DNA of 63,865 bases, filler included, from Reclinomonas americana ATCC 50394 (GCA_048213135.1; 14 parts of 14 records of this genome joined end to end with filler, not necessarily neighbours in it), one strand, 5' to 3'. Positions 13,240 to 26,942 are shown, counted from the first letter of the whole stretch. Numbers and translations are program-made. Notes: generated from the letters alone by a model not told the origin.

Positions 13240-13549
13240 TCTATCAAGTGCCTATACACACCTGGTTGTGACCAGGTGGCCTGATGCGCGGCAGGTGGCG
13301 GATAAGCCACCTGCGCAGCCTGTGGATAGGGATTCACTCGCGGAGGTGAGCCGCCTGCGCCAGACATGGGCAACACACTCGGCGCCGCCACCGGATACGC
13401 TGAGAGACACAGAGAGACACACAGAGAGAGACACACAGTGAGACACACAAAGAAGAGAGACTCCTCAGACTCAAGAGAAAGAGCGCACCTTGATGCGCTG
13501 CTGGTGGCGACGGCTGCGCGTACGCAGGATACGCGCCTCCGTTGTACAT
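13240..13549 (-). CDS. 5' exons of an unknown protein with a Pro/Ala/Tyr/Gln-rich N-terminus (3' part unresolved)
   Basis: MYNGGAYPAYAQPSPPAAHQ, GT-AG intron, then AYPVAAPSVLP...YPQAAQVAYPPPAAHQATWSQP. Confidence 0.55.
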
Positions 13550-13672
13550 TCACGCACAGAGAGAGAGAGAGAGAACAAGCGCGCACACAGGGTCCGACAC
13601 GATTTGATGACACCGGGACAGTTCCGCTTCGTTGCAGCTCGCTCTGTCCATCGCGCCATCTGTCCTTGCGCA

Positions 13673-16282
13673 ATGTCCTCGCCTCCGTCGGTATCGTCGC
13701 CTTCTGCCTCTTCCTCTTCCACTGGCCTCGTTCTCTGCTGGGAATGTGCGCGCGCAGCATGCATGGATTCACTTCGTCGACTCGGCTGCTCTCCATTCGC
13801 GCTCAAGTCAAAGACCGACGAAGAGCATCTTTTGGTGCAGAAGTTGTCACACACAGAGGAGCGAGCAGAGGCGGTTGTGATGACCGTGGAGAAGGAGAAG
13901 GAGGAGGGTGGAGCAGAGGAGGATGCAGTGTCAGTGTCGCCGCGGATGATGATGCGCGATGGACGAGAGAGGTCGTCGGTGGCGCGACGAGGACGCCCGC
14001 TGGTGCGCAGGCGGCGACGAGGTGGAGAAGAGGGTGAGGGCGGTGATGATGATGATGATGGGGAGGAGGATGCAGCGGGGAGCGATGACGACGAGGTGTT
14101 GAGCGCGGCTGGTGTCGGTGAGTGCATTCATTCGTTCGCGCTGGTGTGTCTGTCGCCGCCTCACTGTGCGTGCGTGCACACGGTAGAACCGCTGCGGACG
14201 CGGTCGCGGTCACCGTCACCGGGGCGGGTTACGTTCTCGGTGGAGGAACCGTCGGCGGCCGATACCAGTGCGCTGCTGGCGGTGGCCTCGAGTGCCGAGT
14301 CGGCGCCGATTGGTTCGACGCCGTCGCTGCTGGTGGTGCCGGGCGATGCGCGGCGGTTGCAGCGCGGGCAGCAGAGTCGTCGTCGAGAGTCGTCGTCATC
14401 GTCGTCCATGCAGGCAAAGACACAGTCGCCCGTGTCGGTGGCCTCGTCGTCGTCGGGCTCGTCGTCGCTGGCGCCGTCGGTGGTGCCGTCGTTGGCGTTG
14501 GGCGACATTGGAGCGGGTGCGGATGCGCGGCGCCAGTCGTTGGAGATTGGGCGCTTTCCGCCGGCGGTGCCCGTGCAGCGTCTCGACTTGCGCAATCACA
14601 CACTGCGCACGCTGCTCATTCATTTGCGTTCCAAGTGGAAGCCGACCGGTGTGGCCATTGCACGGCGCTGGCAACGCAAGGGTCGCTACACGTCGTACTC
14701 GTTCTCCTCCATGTCTGCCGTGCTGCGCTTTGCGGCCTCCTCGTCGCCGAGCGATGAGCCGACATCGCCGCTGGCGGTGCCGCTGCATCCGCCGCCCGTC
14801 GTCGACATTTGCTGCCAGTGCGGGCGCGACGTGGATCCCATGACGGGCTCCTCGTCGGTGGGCGGTGGCGACGAAGAGAGCATCGAGTATGCGCGACAGC
14901 CGCGCCAGACGTTCGTGTACGAGACTGTGCGTGCGTGTCTGCGGGCCAGCGCCAAGGCCTGCGAGCATGCACGCGCCGCACTGGATAGCGTACCGGCGTA
15001 CGTGCTCAGCTACCCGTACTTTCCGCCGGTGGTCGGGCTGGTGTTGCCGCCCACGGTGAGTTCCATCTTTCCCCTGTCTGCGAGAAGCCGCTGTCGTTCT
15101 CACTCTTCCTCGCACAGATTCTTTACCGCGGAATGGACGGTGTACCGATTCGGCACTTGAGAGGTGCATTCCCCCACAGTATCTGTGTGTGTGTCTCTCT
15201 CTCTCTCTCCTCCATTGCAGCTGACATGGATGATGCAGTATTCCTGGTCGGCTTGAATCGCGTGTTCTGGATGGACGTGGAGAGTCACGAGGCACACTTC
15301 CGACCCGTGTTTGAGGTCAGCGTACTCGCCGCTCTGTGGCACTGCTGCTACTTGCTCACACACACACACTATCCCCCGCACAGGAACTGTTGAACTGGTT
15401 GTACGATACGGATGAGTGGGACGAGGTGATGCTGGACGCCAGTGTGATTGTCAGCCGCTTCTTGTTGTATTATGTGGGTCGCAAGCGAGCCTCGGTGGCG
15501 TTGCAGTCGTGGGTGCAATGTCTCAGTGCGCGCATTCACGGTGCGTTCAAGGCATGCATTGCCTTTGCAGCGCACGTGTTTTTACTGATGGTTGGCGCTC
15601 GGCGCAGATTGGGGTGTGGTGGTGGAGCAAGTGTGCCACATGCTGCGCACGACGGTGAACGAGGACTCGATCATTCACATTGTGGACGTGATGGACGCCT
15701 TCCGCACCCTGCCACTCACCGGGCGCGACCGTGTGAAACTCGAGCAGAGTTTGTACATGCTGGTCACGCCCGGCGGGCCGCGGTATCCGTCCCGTGCCGT
15801 CCGCAACCACGCTCGACAATGCATGAACATTCTCTTTCCCGTTGCGTTCATCTACCGTGAGAAGGAGAAGGAGGAAGAGTGAGCAGTGCTGAGAGTGGTC
15901 GCTGCAGGTCGGGCGCTCCATTCGCTCCTTTATCAACCTGTCCTTCCGCGGTCTGCATTCGTACTCGTGGCCGTCGTCGGTCGCCATCTGGTTGTGGAGC
16001 TGGCTCGTCTACCTGTTCGTCGTTGCCTTGCGCGTTGTCTCGTGTGGTTTCCTCGGTCGCGGCGCCGCCCGGCCGCACCTCCACCGCAACCGTCGCAGCG
16101 CCTCGGTCGACCACATCCCTCTGGCCGGGCGACGCAGTGGTCCGCCTCTGACCTCCGTGCCGACACCACCACCGTCCTTTATCAACGCACCAGCCGCACC
16201 GCCTTCGCCACCCGATCCAGTCGACTTGACTCCCGACAGAGACGACAGCACGTCGGAGGACGAGGAAGAAGAAGAAGAGTGA
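13673..16282 (+). CDS. Uncharacterised protein: disordered Ser/acidic N-terminus, predicted helical C-terminal domain
   Basis: Spliced frame continues through ELLNWLYDTDEWDE...LYMLVTPGGPRYPSRAVRNHARQCMNILFP|VGRSIRSFINLSFRGLHSYSWP to an acidic tail and TGA. Confidence 0.75.
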
Positions 16283-16292
16283 ACGAACAGTG

Positions 16293-17619
16293 ATGTGGTG
16301 GAACAGTGGGGTGGATCTGCAGCCGCTCGTCGCGGCGTTTGTGTGGGATGCCGTGTTCACGTGTCTCACGTTTGTGGGATCGGTGGTGGTGCGTCGTTGT
16401 CAGCTGCAGGAGAGTGCACGCAAGAAAACATACTCACGCACTTACGCGCACAGATGGACAACTCGTCGGTGTATGGTCAGGCCCCCTGTGCATTCGTCTT
16501 TTTCCTCACTGCTCGTCTCTCACTCGTGCACACTCGACAATGCACGCAGATCCGTACTGGAGGTGAGTGCATTCATTGTCATGCATTCAGAGATGTGATT
16601 TCCTCATGCATGCAACAGTGCCGCACCGCCACTGATTGTCGTGTACTGGCTGTGGAGTGCGGGCGGTGGTCTCAGTGCACTCACCGAGCGCTCCATACTC
16701 ATGACTGTGCTCATCTGGGTGTGGGGACTGCGCCTGACTGCCAACTTTCTCGTCCGCGATGATGGTGGCGGTGGCCTCGGTCGCGGCCGCGAGCTGGAAG
16801 ATTGGCGGTGCGTGTGTATGTGTGTGTCGTCGTCATTGCTACCTTGCCTACTGTGCTCATGCACCGCGGAACCGACAGCTACAAGGAGCTCCGAGTGCAG
16901 CACGGACGCTTGTACTGGCCGGTCTCGTTTCTCGGCATTGTTGCGTTTTGTGCAGGCTGCCCTGCGCTGGCGGCGACCACCTCTGACCCCCGTCGCGCTG
17001 TGTGAGTGCAGCACTTTTTCCCGACAGTCCTCGTGTTCCTCGGCATGATTCCCGTGTTCTTTGCCACTCGCTCGGACACTCCCCTGAATGGCGTCGATGC
17101 GCTGGTGAGTGAGAGTGAATTGATGCGTCGTCGACTCGACTCGTGCTGCTCACCCACTCGTGCGTGCGTGCAGGCCCTGGTGGTGACTGCGATTGGTATT
17201 GCCTTTGAGGCTGGGGGTAAGTGCATTGGCTGGCCGACTCAGTCGGTCTGGCTCGCTCACCATGCGTCCTTCATGGCACAGGCGACTGGCAGCTGGCTCG
17301 CTTCCGTCACACGCGACGTACGCGTCACGAGGTGCTGCAGAGCGGCCTCTTTGCCTTGACCCGTCACCCGAACTACTTTGGGGAGGTGACATTGTGGTGG
17401 GGTCTGTGGCTCTTTGCTGTGGCCTCGTGCCCGCTGGCGACGGTGGCGTGGCCGAGCGTGGCTGGCGCGTTGGCCATCACCTGCCTGTTTGTCTTTATCT
17501 CCGTGCCGTGGCTTGATCAGCGCATGGCCGAGCGCAAGGGTGCTGCATTCGTGGAGTACGCGCGACGCACCCCGGCACTGTTCCCGTGGTTTCCACAAGC
17601 AGCCGTCAAGTCGGCCTGA
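16293..17619 (+). CDS. DUF1295 / steroid 5-alpha-reductase-like membrane protein
   Basis: DNSSVYDPYWS, WGLRLTANF, EDWRY, SFLGIHFFPT, GDWQLARF, GLFALTRHPNYFGE, EYARRTPALFP. Confidence 0.92.
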
Positions 17620-17700
17620 GTGAATGACTTCTCTCGTTTTTTCTCTCTACCTCTAACAAGAATAACACATTATTATTATTATGTACTTTGCGTCCCCTGC

Positions 17701-20700
17701 TCACTTTTGCCCACTCTCGCTGCGCCGCGGGTTCCGACGTCGCTTCGGCGACGATATCCTCAAGTCCGTGCCAAGGTCGGCTGCTGTCGGGTCGCGACGC
17801 TGCCTCGATCGGGGACTGTGGCCCGGCGACGGTGGCGCCGTCGATGCGCGATGGGCCGCAGCCGAGGGTGAGTTCTCTTGCAGTGTCGCCATGTGGTGGA
17901 AGAGACGCGGATTCGTGGTGTTGGTGGCGGTGACCGCAGGGAGTGCTCGTCGCACACGCACAGGCTCCGCACCGCTCTCGACATAGGTGCGATGCGCGCG
18001 AGCAAACTTCTCCTCCAGCGACAGCTGCGACTCCACGTCGATCGTCGGCGCCGCAGGCGTGCTGAAGACCGGGCGTCGATCGCCCACCACGGCACGCGCT
18101 CGGGTTGACTCTGTCGGGGCCAGCAAACGGTGACTGCCGGTATACTCCACCCTTCCGGCCATGTGATCCTGCTCGGCCTCGTCGCCATACTCGTCGCCGC
18201 CTCCGTCGTCATCGTAGTTGGCGATAAAGTCCAACTGGTCGTCCGACACGAACGACACGGTACGGGAGCGCGCTGCAAAACTATCCAGCGACGACGACGA
18301 CAGGGAATTCGGCTGCGACGTCGACTGATGCTGCACCATCGACGCGCTGGCTTGCACAATGCTGCGCAGTCGATCGGGATAGGTGCTCGACTGTGGACGC
18401 GATGCACTACGCGACACCGATGTCGCTTCATGCACGGCCGCCAGCGAGTTGACTGTGTGCACACCGTCAGTGCCTGAACATCTTTGTGGAACACACAAGG
18501 TGAATGTGTGCTGCAAACCTCGCTCCTGCAAGTGCGCCACATGCTCTCGCAGTCGCACGAGATGCGTCTCCAGATCGGCCACGTAGGCCTTGAGCAGAGG
18601 CGACTGCGAGGCGTCCAGGCTTTCACGCAGTGCGCGCCGCTTGCTCGAGTCGAGTTGATGCAGGACGGTCAACTCGCCTTCCGGCACCGTCGACGACTGC
18701 GCCACAGGGCGAAACTGGTGCTGCCCGCTGTTGCGCCCTGCTGGACCACTTGACAAGTCGCTCCACCGTGCGACCATTGCCGACAGCTCCGAGTTCATAT
18801 CGAGCGCCTGGTCGGGACCTTCGCATGTACATAGGGAGGTGAGGTGAGTCGAAAACATGCAAACACAGACGGTGCGCAAGTGAGAGCGGTCGACGCACTC
18901 AGCGACTTGGCAATGCGCGTCAGAGCGTCCAGCGACACCAAGCAGGCGCGAGTTCCGAATCCCTCGAGGCTCTTGGGGAGCTCTGTAGTGTCCACGAGAT
19001 CTGCAAGCACACGAAAAATCAGTGCCCACCTCCATGGCCACTGCTTCCATGTTGCAGCCGCACGCAACAGTCCAGGAGCAACGTTGCCGCCTGTTCCGGC
19101 TGCGCCTCGACAGTGCGACGCAGGAATGGATGTCGCTCACACACTGCGTCAAGCAGGCGACGCCATTGCATGCGATTCACAGCGGTAGCATCGCCAAAGG
19201 CCGAACTGGAAGGCGGCAGGGCCTCAACCAATGCGTCCAGCGTCACAGACACACTGGAGGCGGCCAGTGCGCGCATCGGCTGCGCAAGTGAGGCCGCTGC
19301 GTGTTGCGAGAGAGCCACGGCCGGTCGGCTGGCAGCGGCATCGATCAACAAATCCTCGTCGTCGTCACCGCCACCGCCACCGCTGCCAACGCCACTGTTA
19401 TCGGCAGGAGGAGCGACAGCAGCATGCGACTTGCTCTTGTTTCTTGACTTGCGTTTCGCAGACGAGGAGGAAGACGACGATGACGCAGACGATTTTCGGT
19501 GCGGCTGCGCTCCAAAGAGGGCCTCTAAGGACGACTCAGCCGTGGCAGTGTCACTCGCATCGTGCCGTATGTCGTGATCTGTGCGACGCGTCTCCGTGAC
19601 AGGCATAGGCGGAATGTGCAGAGAGGGCACGCTCTGCCGCTTCACAAGAAAAGGTCAGACAAAAGTGACACTGCTTGGCCAGTAAAAAATTGCAGCGTAC
19701 CATGGTGTCCACTGGAGGAGCTGACTGGGTAGGAGGTGGTGGTGGCGGCGGTGAAGGAGGTCGACCAGCAGCAACAACCTCCATTGGTGATGGCTTCACA
19801 TCAACAAGTAGTAGTCAGCCCACTGCGAAAATGAATGAAAGCAAACAGTTGCAGCTCGGCGCACCGGTACAGAGACGGACGGACTTGCTGGTGGGTGCAT
19901 CTTTGCGGGAGGTACTCGGGAACTCTGCGATTGGATGCATGCGATGTGTGGGCGTTGTGCAAGGAAAAAGAGACTCGGGCACAATACGAAACAGGTGCGG
20001 GGGAGTGACTGGATTTCGGTTCGACGCCGCCAAAGACGGGCTGTGCGCGCCCCACCAGGCCAGTGAGTGCAAAGTTTGACAGGTCGAGCAAAGGGCGCGC
20101 ACGATGGCAGTGGTAGTGTGGCCTCTTTGTGTGGTACGCACCGATTCAGGTGCCGGTGGTGGCTGGCAAATCAGAGGCAGCAGTGGCAGAGGACGGGCGC
20201 AAGGTATTCAGTGCGGGAGCCATCTGAGGCAGACACAAATGCACAGACAAGCACAGACACACACACGGGCGAGAACAAGCAAGGAGAGGCGGGCACATAC
20301 AGGGAGCACAGGAGAGAAGGACAAGTAAAAATCTACACCTTTAGCGGCCGCGGATCATCGCCAAACACGGCAAACTTCACCATCCGAAATAGAGAGCAAG
20401 CAGAATGCATACATACATGAATGACATGCAAAACACACGACAATTTTGACATAATAGAGAGTTGATTGCAGAAAGAGGAAGGGAAAAAAACAAGAAAATG
20501 CAGGTGGGGGGAGACGAGAAAAACAAAATGAGACACAATTGCGTGCATGCACACAAACATAAGGATCATTATCTGGTCACCGTCGGCACAGGCTGCGGTC
20601 TCCGTGCTCGGTCCTGAGCATGTGGTGAGAGCGGCTGTCGATCTTGCGGCATCTACAATGTTGCGGTGAGCGGCGGGGGACGATGCGCGGAGAACAGCAC

Positions 20701-22929
20701 GGTGCGACAGGCGACCAGACCTCAGGTTCGGGAACGGTGGTTCTCATCGAGTCCATGCGAGGGATGGTGGCGGCAGATGTGGGCGTTAACTGCGGGGGAT
20801 TAGGAGAGCCAAGACATGAGGAGAGATGGGAAGAGAAGGAAAAAGAAGAAATAGGAAGAGAAGAGAGATGAGGAGAAGAAGAGAGAAGAGAAGAGAATAA
20901 TAGGAGAGCAAAAAAGGAAAATGGAGGAAACGACGAGTGAGTAGATCACATACCCTCTTCTCCGCAGCCTCCTCCTCGGGTGAGAGCATGAAATGACTGG
21001 CGACGGGTGATTGCCGTGGCTGTGTGTGCACGGTGAGCGAACTTAGAGAGAGAAAAGGGAGAATCTCAATCGCGGTGCGTACCAATGGTGATCCCACGCT
21101 GCGATTCGCTGGCGACGGCGCGTCGTCAGTGAGCATTACGAATGACGATGATGCCGATGAGCCAGCAGTGGCAGCGAGTGGCGGTGGTGGTGCTGGTCTC
21201 CGTCCAGGCTGCAAATGTGCACATGTGAGGGAGAGGGAAAAATAGAGGATACACTCCAAGTGTGCACGACGCACCGCGTGAACGACGTGCTGCGCGAGTG
21301 GATGTGTCTGCGGGAGCGAGGGACAATGTCAGCGCGAGTGGAAGCAGGGCGGTGCAAGAGCGACGCAACATCCGACGGCGACTGAGCACCAGAAGCCTCT
21401 CGGGACTCGGCTTTCTCGCGTGCAACCGCCCACCGTTGACGGGTGCGTGGTGGTGGCGAACGCGACAGCGAGACAGAGGAGCGAGGAGTTGAATTTGTCG
21501 TATCCTGCTCGTGACACACACACACATTCACGCAAATGTGAGAGTGGACTTCAACGTAGAACGTGAGCGTGGCCACACACACCGTTGTTCCGCCGTTGCG
21601 CTGGGGAGACTCGCTTCGGGAGGCAGTTTCACGCTTCTCGACCTCCTCTTTCACCTGCTGCCAGCGACTGCGCAAGCGAAGCGACCGCGACATGCGCTGC
21701 AGGGACGAGCGGAAAGCCACCCACAGTTCGCGCATTTCTAATCTCTGTGCATGATGGAAACGCGCGTGTCAGTGCGCGTGACGATGATGCATGCATGCAG
21801 CAGCGGCTCTTGCTCGGTACCTCCTCCGGCACCCGGGTATCACGCGCATTGCGCGGATTCTCCAGTGCGCGGCGACTCTTGACGGAGAAAAAGTCGTATC
21901 TCCGCTCGAGCAGCGTGCACAGATCGTCAAAGACGGGCTCGCCGAGAACGTCTTGCACGCGAATAACAAACTGGTTGACCATTTCGGCCTGCAGGGGTGC
22001 GGTGAGAAGAAAGGAGAGAGATGAATAATCACAACAAAGAACGCGTGCGCGCGCAACATTGACGGGCGACACTTGCTGCAGGGAGCGTGGACATGGACCT
22101 ATTACATGCATGCGGGGTCCCACCTGCATCCACCACAGTGAGGAAACGACAGCAGGCAGTGCAACAAAGCACAACGTGTGGACACACCTCCACCATCTGC
22201 CGCAAGCGACCCGTGGCCGACGATCTCAAATCGAGACGTGTAGCAATGGCATAAACTACCACAAAGTGACCGGAGACGCCATTGCGTCCGCGGTCGTCGT
22301 ACTCCACGCCCTCGAACTCACACAGGTCGATGCGATCGCGGGGAACATAGAGCGTGTACTTGGAGAAGCTGTGCATGTGGCGCGTGTCACACACAAACTG
22401 CCATCACAGCGACGAAATATACAGAAATAGGGGAAAAATGCGAACACGAACACGCCGGCAACGAGGCAATCGAGGACACGAGAAACGATCAAACAAACAA
22501 AACGCACACACACGACAGCACAGCAAGTAATGGCGTGGCGCGAGTGAACAATTGAATGAACAAATGAATGAATGAATGCATGTAAACTGCACAGGTGTGC
22601 GACTCGCCCTCTCTCTCTCTCTCCCTCATACAAGCGGGGAAGAAACGCAACATATCGCGCGGCACAAAGTGCAAGCCGTCATCGCTCAGAATGATGTTGC
22701 CCTCCTCGTACTTTTCAGGTGTGGCGGCATACGAACCCGCGCGAGTTCCACTGTGTGCGAGAGTGTGTGAGAGAGGAGGAGAAGGGAAGAAGACAGAGCG
22801 CGCGCGCAAAGGCGTGTTTGCGTGTGTTTGTGTGTGACAACGCAACACAAGAGTGACGCGGTAAGCACCGGGCAGCTCCAGAGGGCGCGTGGAGAGTAAT
22901 GACGACGACGAGGATGCGGAGGAGGCCAT
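17701..22929 (-). CDS. Large multi-exon unknown protein (globular N-terminal region, long Ser/Pro-rich region, short coiled coil); could be two genes
   Basis: Chain of exons bounded by GT-AG introns from MASSASSSS (22929) to TGA (17701). No family recognised, and not every junction was verified. Confidence 0.6.
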
Positions 22930-23558
22930 GACAAAACGAGCGCGCGCAAGTGTGTAGTGCGTGTGTGCGAGAAGAGAACTTGCGTGTGAGCGTGTGCGTG
23001 TGTTGTTGTTGGTGTGTTCACAGGCGCAGTGGTGTCATGGAAAGAGAACAGAGAGAGACACACGCACAAAGAGAGAGAGGCAGACACAGGCGCAGGCGCA
23101 GAGGAGAAAGGGCCACGCAAAATCCGTCGCGGCGCACGCTCGTGTCGTCACGACGTTGAGTGAGTGATGGATGCGAGCGAGTGACACCGCCGATGCGCCC
23201 GCGAAATCCGTCGGTTTCCACAGCTCGCGGAATAACTGACCGACGTCGACGACGTGGGGTGACGTGAGTAAGGTGCGGACAGGAACTTTAATGATCCAAA
23301 TAGCAGTGAAGCCGCATGACGATCACCATCTCGCGCAGCGAGGTATCTCAAGAAAGACGAGAACTGTCAACCTGACGACGTTTCTTCGCGATCGATCTTC
23401 AAGAGAAACCACGGCGCCAGCATGTCTGCAGCTCCCCTCAACAATGAACGCGGACTTCACTGCTTGGCAAAAAGGCCATGATTTAGAAGTCGAAAGAGTG
23501 AAAGAATTCGAACTGCAGCTGAAGAGGCATACATCGATGCTGTTTGGATTAGTACAGT

Positions 23559-23559
<1 letters not shown>

Positions 23560-23608
<49 letters not shown>
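23560..23608. repeat. (GTT)n microsatellite
   Basis: Direct reading. Confidence 0.95.
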
Positions 23609-23659
23609 ACACCTCGAGTCGATTCCGTCGTCAAGTTGTCCAATCAATCATCGCCACCA

Positions 23660-24741
23660 ATGAGCGACCCGACATCGCGATCGCGGGTGGCGCGGTCACT
23701 GTGCGAGACCGCCATGTACGACGAGCGCCGCCCCGTCGACGCTCTGGCCACGGCTCTACTCGCCGGTAAGATCACATGCACACACATTCCACACACTCTC
23801 TCTCTCTCCCTCACTCTCTCTCCCAACCGCAGGTCTGCGAGTGCACTCCGACTCCACCTGCATCGCCGACGTCGCACGCTGCTATCGTGTCACCGCCGAC
23901 GCATGTGTCGCTCTGAGCATGGCAGCATCCGCTCGCCGATGGTTCTCGCCTCATCCCATTCATCACTCTCTCTCACTCTCTCACACCTGCACACAGTCTC
24001 CTCCTCGGACTGCACCTCCTCCCCGACGACGAGGACCTGCTGATGCGCGCCCGCTCCCTCACCGAGACCATCGGTCGCACCTCACAGAGCGAATCACTAC
24101 GACTGCGCCACCTGCTGGTCACCAGTGCCAAGCTGGCGGCTTCCCATCGCGAATCGATGCATGCGTGGCCGCTGCAGTTTCAGTACTTTTCACAGCTGTT
24201 GGCACGCCAGCAGCACGAGACGGCCACCGACTTTGTGCTGCCGTTTCTCCGCTGGTATCTCCGACGTGCCGACGGCAACAATGTCGGCGTGCAGCGTGCA
24301 CGGCTGGTGGCGGAGGAGCTGGCACGAGTGGGGGCGCGTGACGAGGCCGCACGAGTCCTACGATTGGCATTGGAGTTTGACGACACCGACGAGGCCTCCT
24401 GGTTTGCGCTGCACGAGGTGCTCCGCGATGCGCACAAGTACGCAGAGTCGGCCGAGGCACTGCTCGTGCATTTTTCGCTGCTGCCGACGCCGGCCACGGC
24501 CGAAAACTATCGGCAAGTGGCCGACCTGTTCGAGGCGGCTGGCAGCTGGCGACACGCCTGCGCGGCACTCACCACGTACTGGGAGGAGACGCGCGACACA
24601 CACATGTTGCGCCATGTGGCCGATGTGGTGCTGGCACATCGCCGGCATGACGAGGTGGACGAGGAGCTGCGAGGAGTGGCCACTCGTCTGCCCCCGGTTG
24701 AGCAGTTGCACCTGGAGATCGTCTCCAAGGCCGAATCATGA
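23660..24741 (+). CDS. TPR-like helical repeat protein; 3 exons
   Basis: Amphipathic helices such as DEAARVLRLALEFDDTDEASWFALHEVL and AENYRQVADLFEAAGSWRHACAAL. Two GT-AG introns. Confidence 0.65.
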
Positions 24742-24926
24742 GTTAAAACGTATACGCTCCAGCTGCTGCTGCTTCACTCATCTATGCTGCGCCGCTGCCG
24801 AACTATGCACACACACACGCAAAAAGNNNNNNNNNNNNNNNNNNNNNNNNNNNNNNNNNNNNNNNNNNNNTTAATTAATTAANNNNNNNNNNNNNNNNNN
24901 NNNNNNNNNNNNNNNNNNNNNNNNNN

Positions 24927-26774
24927 ATGATGACAAACCAAGGACAGGTTGCGATCGACGACCATGCCCTCGATCTGGTGGAACTCGCACAAGTGTGTGG
25001 CATCCATGTCCTCATTGCGGAACACACGATCAATCGAGAAGAACTTGCGTGGTCGGAACACCGGCTCCGCCGCCAGCTCATTCAGCACACGCGACGACAC
25101 AGCGGTTGTGTGCGTTCGCAGCAAGAGACGCCGAGCCTCGTCCTCAGACCAGTTGTACCGATAGCCAATGGACCCGTGTCCACCAACCTCGTGCACGGTG
25201 CGCACACGCTCCACGTAGTCGGGTGGCAAAAAGGCGGCAGCCGGTGGATCTGCGACACCATCACCGTACATAAGTCTCTCAAAGTGGGAGTTGAGAGAGA
25301 AAGGCATGGACACGCACCTGAAATGTAGAAAGTGTCGTGCAGATCGCGAGCCGGGTGCTGCTGCGGCTGGAAGAGCGAATCAAAGTTCCAGAACGCAGCC
25401 TCCACGAAGCGATTCGTCGGCATCTCCTCAAAACTACACCACATTCATGCACGTTGGTGATAACTCACGAAACACATGACCCTCCACCGACGAGCACCAC
25501 GAACCCCATTTGCAGCAAAATGTTGCGAATGTCCGTGCGGACCTTCAGCAGCGGGTGCAACAGACCACCCTCCACACTCCGTCCACGAGCATTCAGGTTG
25601 ACCTTCTTGAACGACGTAGTTGCCCATGCTCCACTGCAAGCGCCAAACGCAGCGTGAACAAGCAGCGCACAACAGCAACAACTGCACGCAGAAAACGACG
25701 AGACGCAACGACGCCAACATCTCATCGGTGATCTCCGTCTCCATGCGCACACGCGCTGGCCGCCAGCTCACACCCTTCTCCAACGAAAAGTCCTTGATGG
25801 TACTGCACGGCAGCAACACCAACATCAGTCACATACCGCCTCACCAGTCACCGACGCGAGTTGTCATTTTGCACGCAACACCGCCTGCACCAATCCCCTC
25901 GTCTTCAACATCTGCACCTCCTTATCCGACACCGACGTCGGGTCCTCCCTGAACGCCAGCATCACCGGCACCATTGGATCCGCAGAGATCGCCTCCTGCT
26001 TGCCACCAAAAACAGTCACCCAACTGCTCGTCTGTTGGCATGCAAGACAGAATCACACTCACCGCAGCGCGCGCCACAAACACATCCTTGCCTCGCTTCT
26101 CCGACACAACCCACTTGTTGGCCATGGCCTTGCCAAAGGTATTGTTGAAGCTCTGCATACATGCATCCATTAGTGACTGTGAGGAAATGATCAAACACGA
26201 CGACCACCCACACACACACCTTTGCATCTCCGAGGCCGAGCTCCTCCAAGTGCGCTGCAGCACGCGCACCAAACTCGTCCTTGTTGACAAACTCGCCCAC
26301 TGGAGGCAACTGACTGACGAGCACATGCTCTGGTGTGCCGTGACGCAGGAAGGCATCGAGCAGAGGAGTCACCTGTGTGAGAGAGAGTGGACATGTCACG
26401 CACAGGCAGACACAGCGCGCGAGAAACACCATGCAAACGCAACTCGCATCTGCACGGAGCTGACCACTGTCTTGCTGACATAGTCCTCGCTCTCGAGACT
26501 GATCACGCGCTGTGCACGACAAACAAGGCGACATGTCACGCACTTTTTCCCCACCCCCCGCGCCCCTCGTTGATTCGCATGCACTGACCGGTGTGACATC
26601 GGCGACGTGGTCGAGGCCCATCTCAGCGGCCAAGGCCAGCGTGGAGGTCAGGCGGCCGTCGGGGCTGGTGGCCATGCGCGAGAGGATGGCCGCGTCGATG
26701 CGCTCCACCAGGTCCTGCGCCGATGCCTTGCTGCCGCCAGCTGCGGCGGAGACGGAGCCAGAGGATGAAGCCAT
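24927..26774 (-). CDS. FARSA: Phenylalanyl-tRNA synthetase alpha subunit, cytosolic (3'-truncated by the gap)
   Basis: [83 protein letters not shown]. Confidence 0.97.
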
Positions 26775-26942
26775 GAACTCTCCACTGTTGTTTGAGATAC
26801 GTAAGACAGATGAGAGTCCTGAAAGTGTCCCGTATTGTCTGCTTCTTATATCGTCGCGGTGAACACAACAACACACACACAACAACAATCATCCATGCAA
26901 CAACAACAACAACAACAACATCATCATCAGTGTTCGCGACAT

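Noticed and set aside
5216..16946. Idea that GTTGCGT introns are really non-GT introns cut as G|TTGCGT
   Set aside because: That would need acceptors shifted past the AG. The GT-AG cut gives the family-typical residues (XAP5 IIPH|Q, DUF1295 GI|H), while the shifted cut gives E and D.
23264..23560. Non-repetitive stretch between divergent genes, possible small ORF or C/D snoRNA (ATGACGA...CTGA)
   Set aside because: No recognisable protein motif, imperfect C box, no terminal stem or rRNA guide identified.
1483..26774. Alternative genetic code suggested by fragmented ORFs
   Set aside because: All breaks in conserved genes are explained by GT-AG introns. TAA and TGA both act as stops and no in-frame stops remain.
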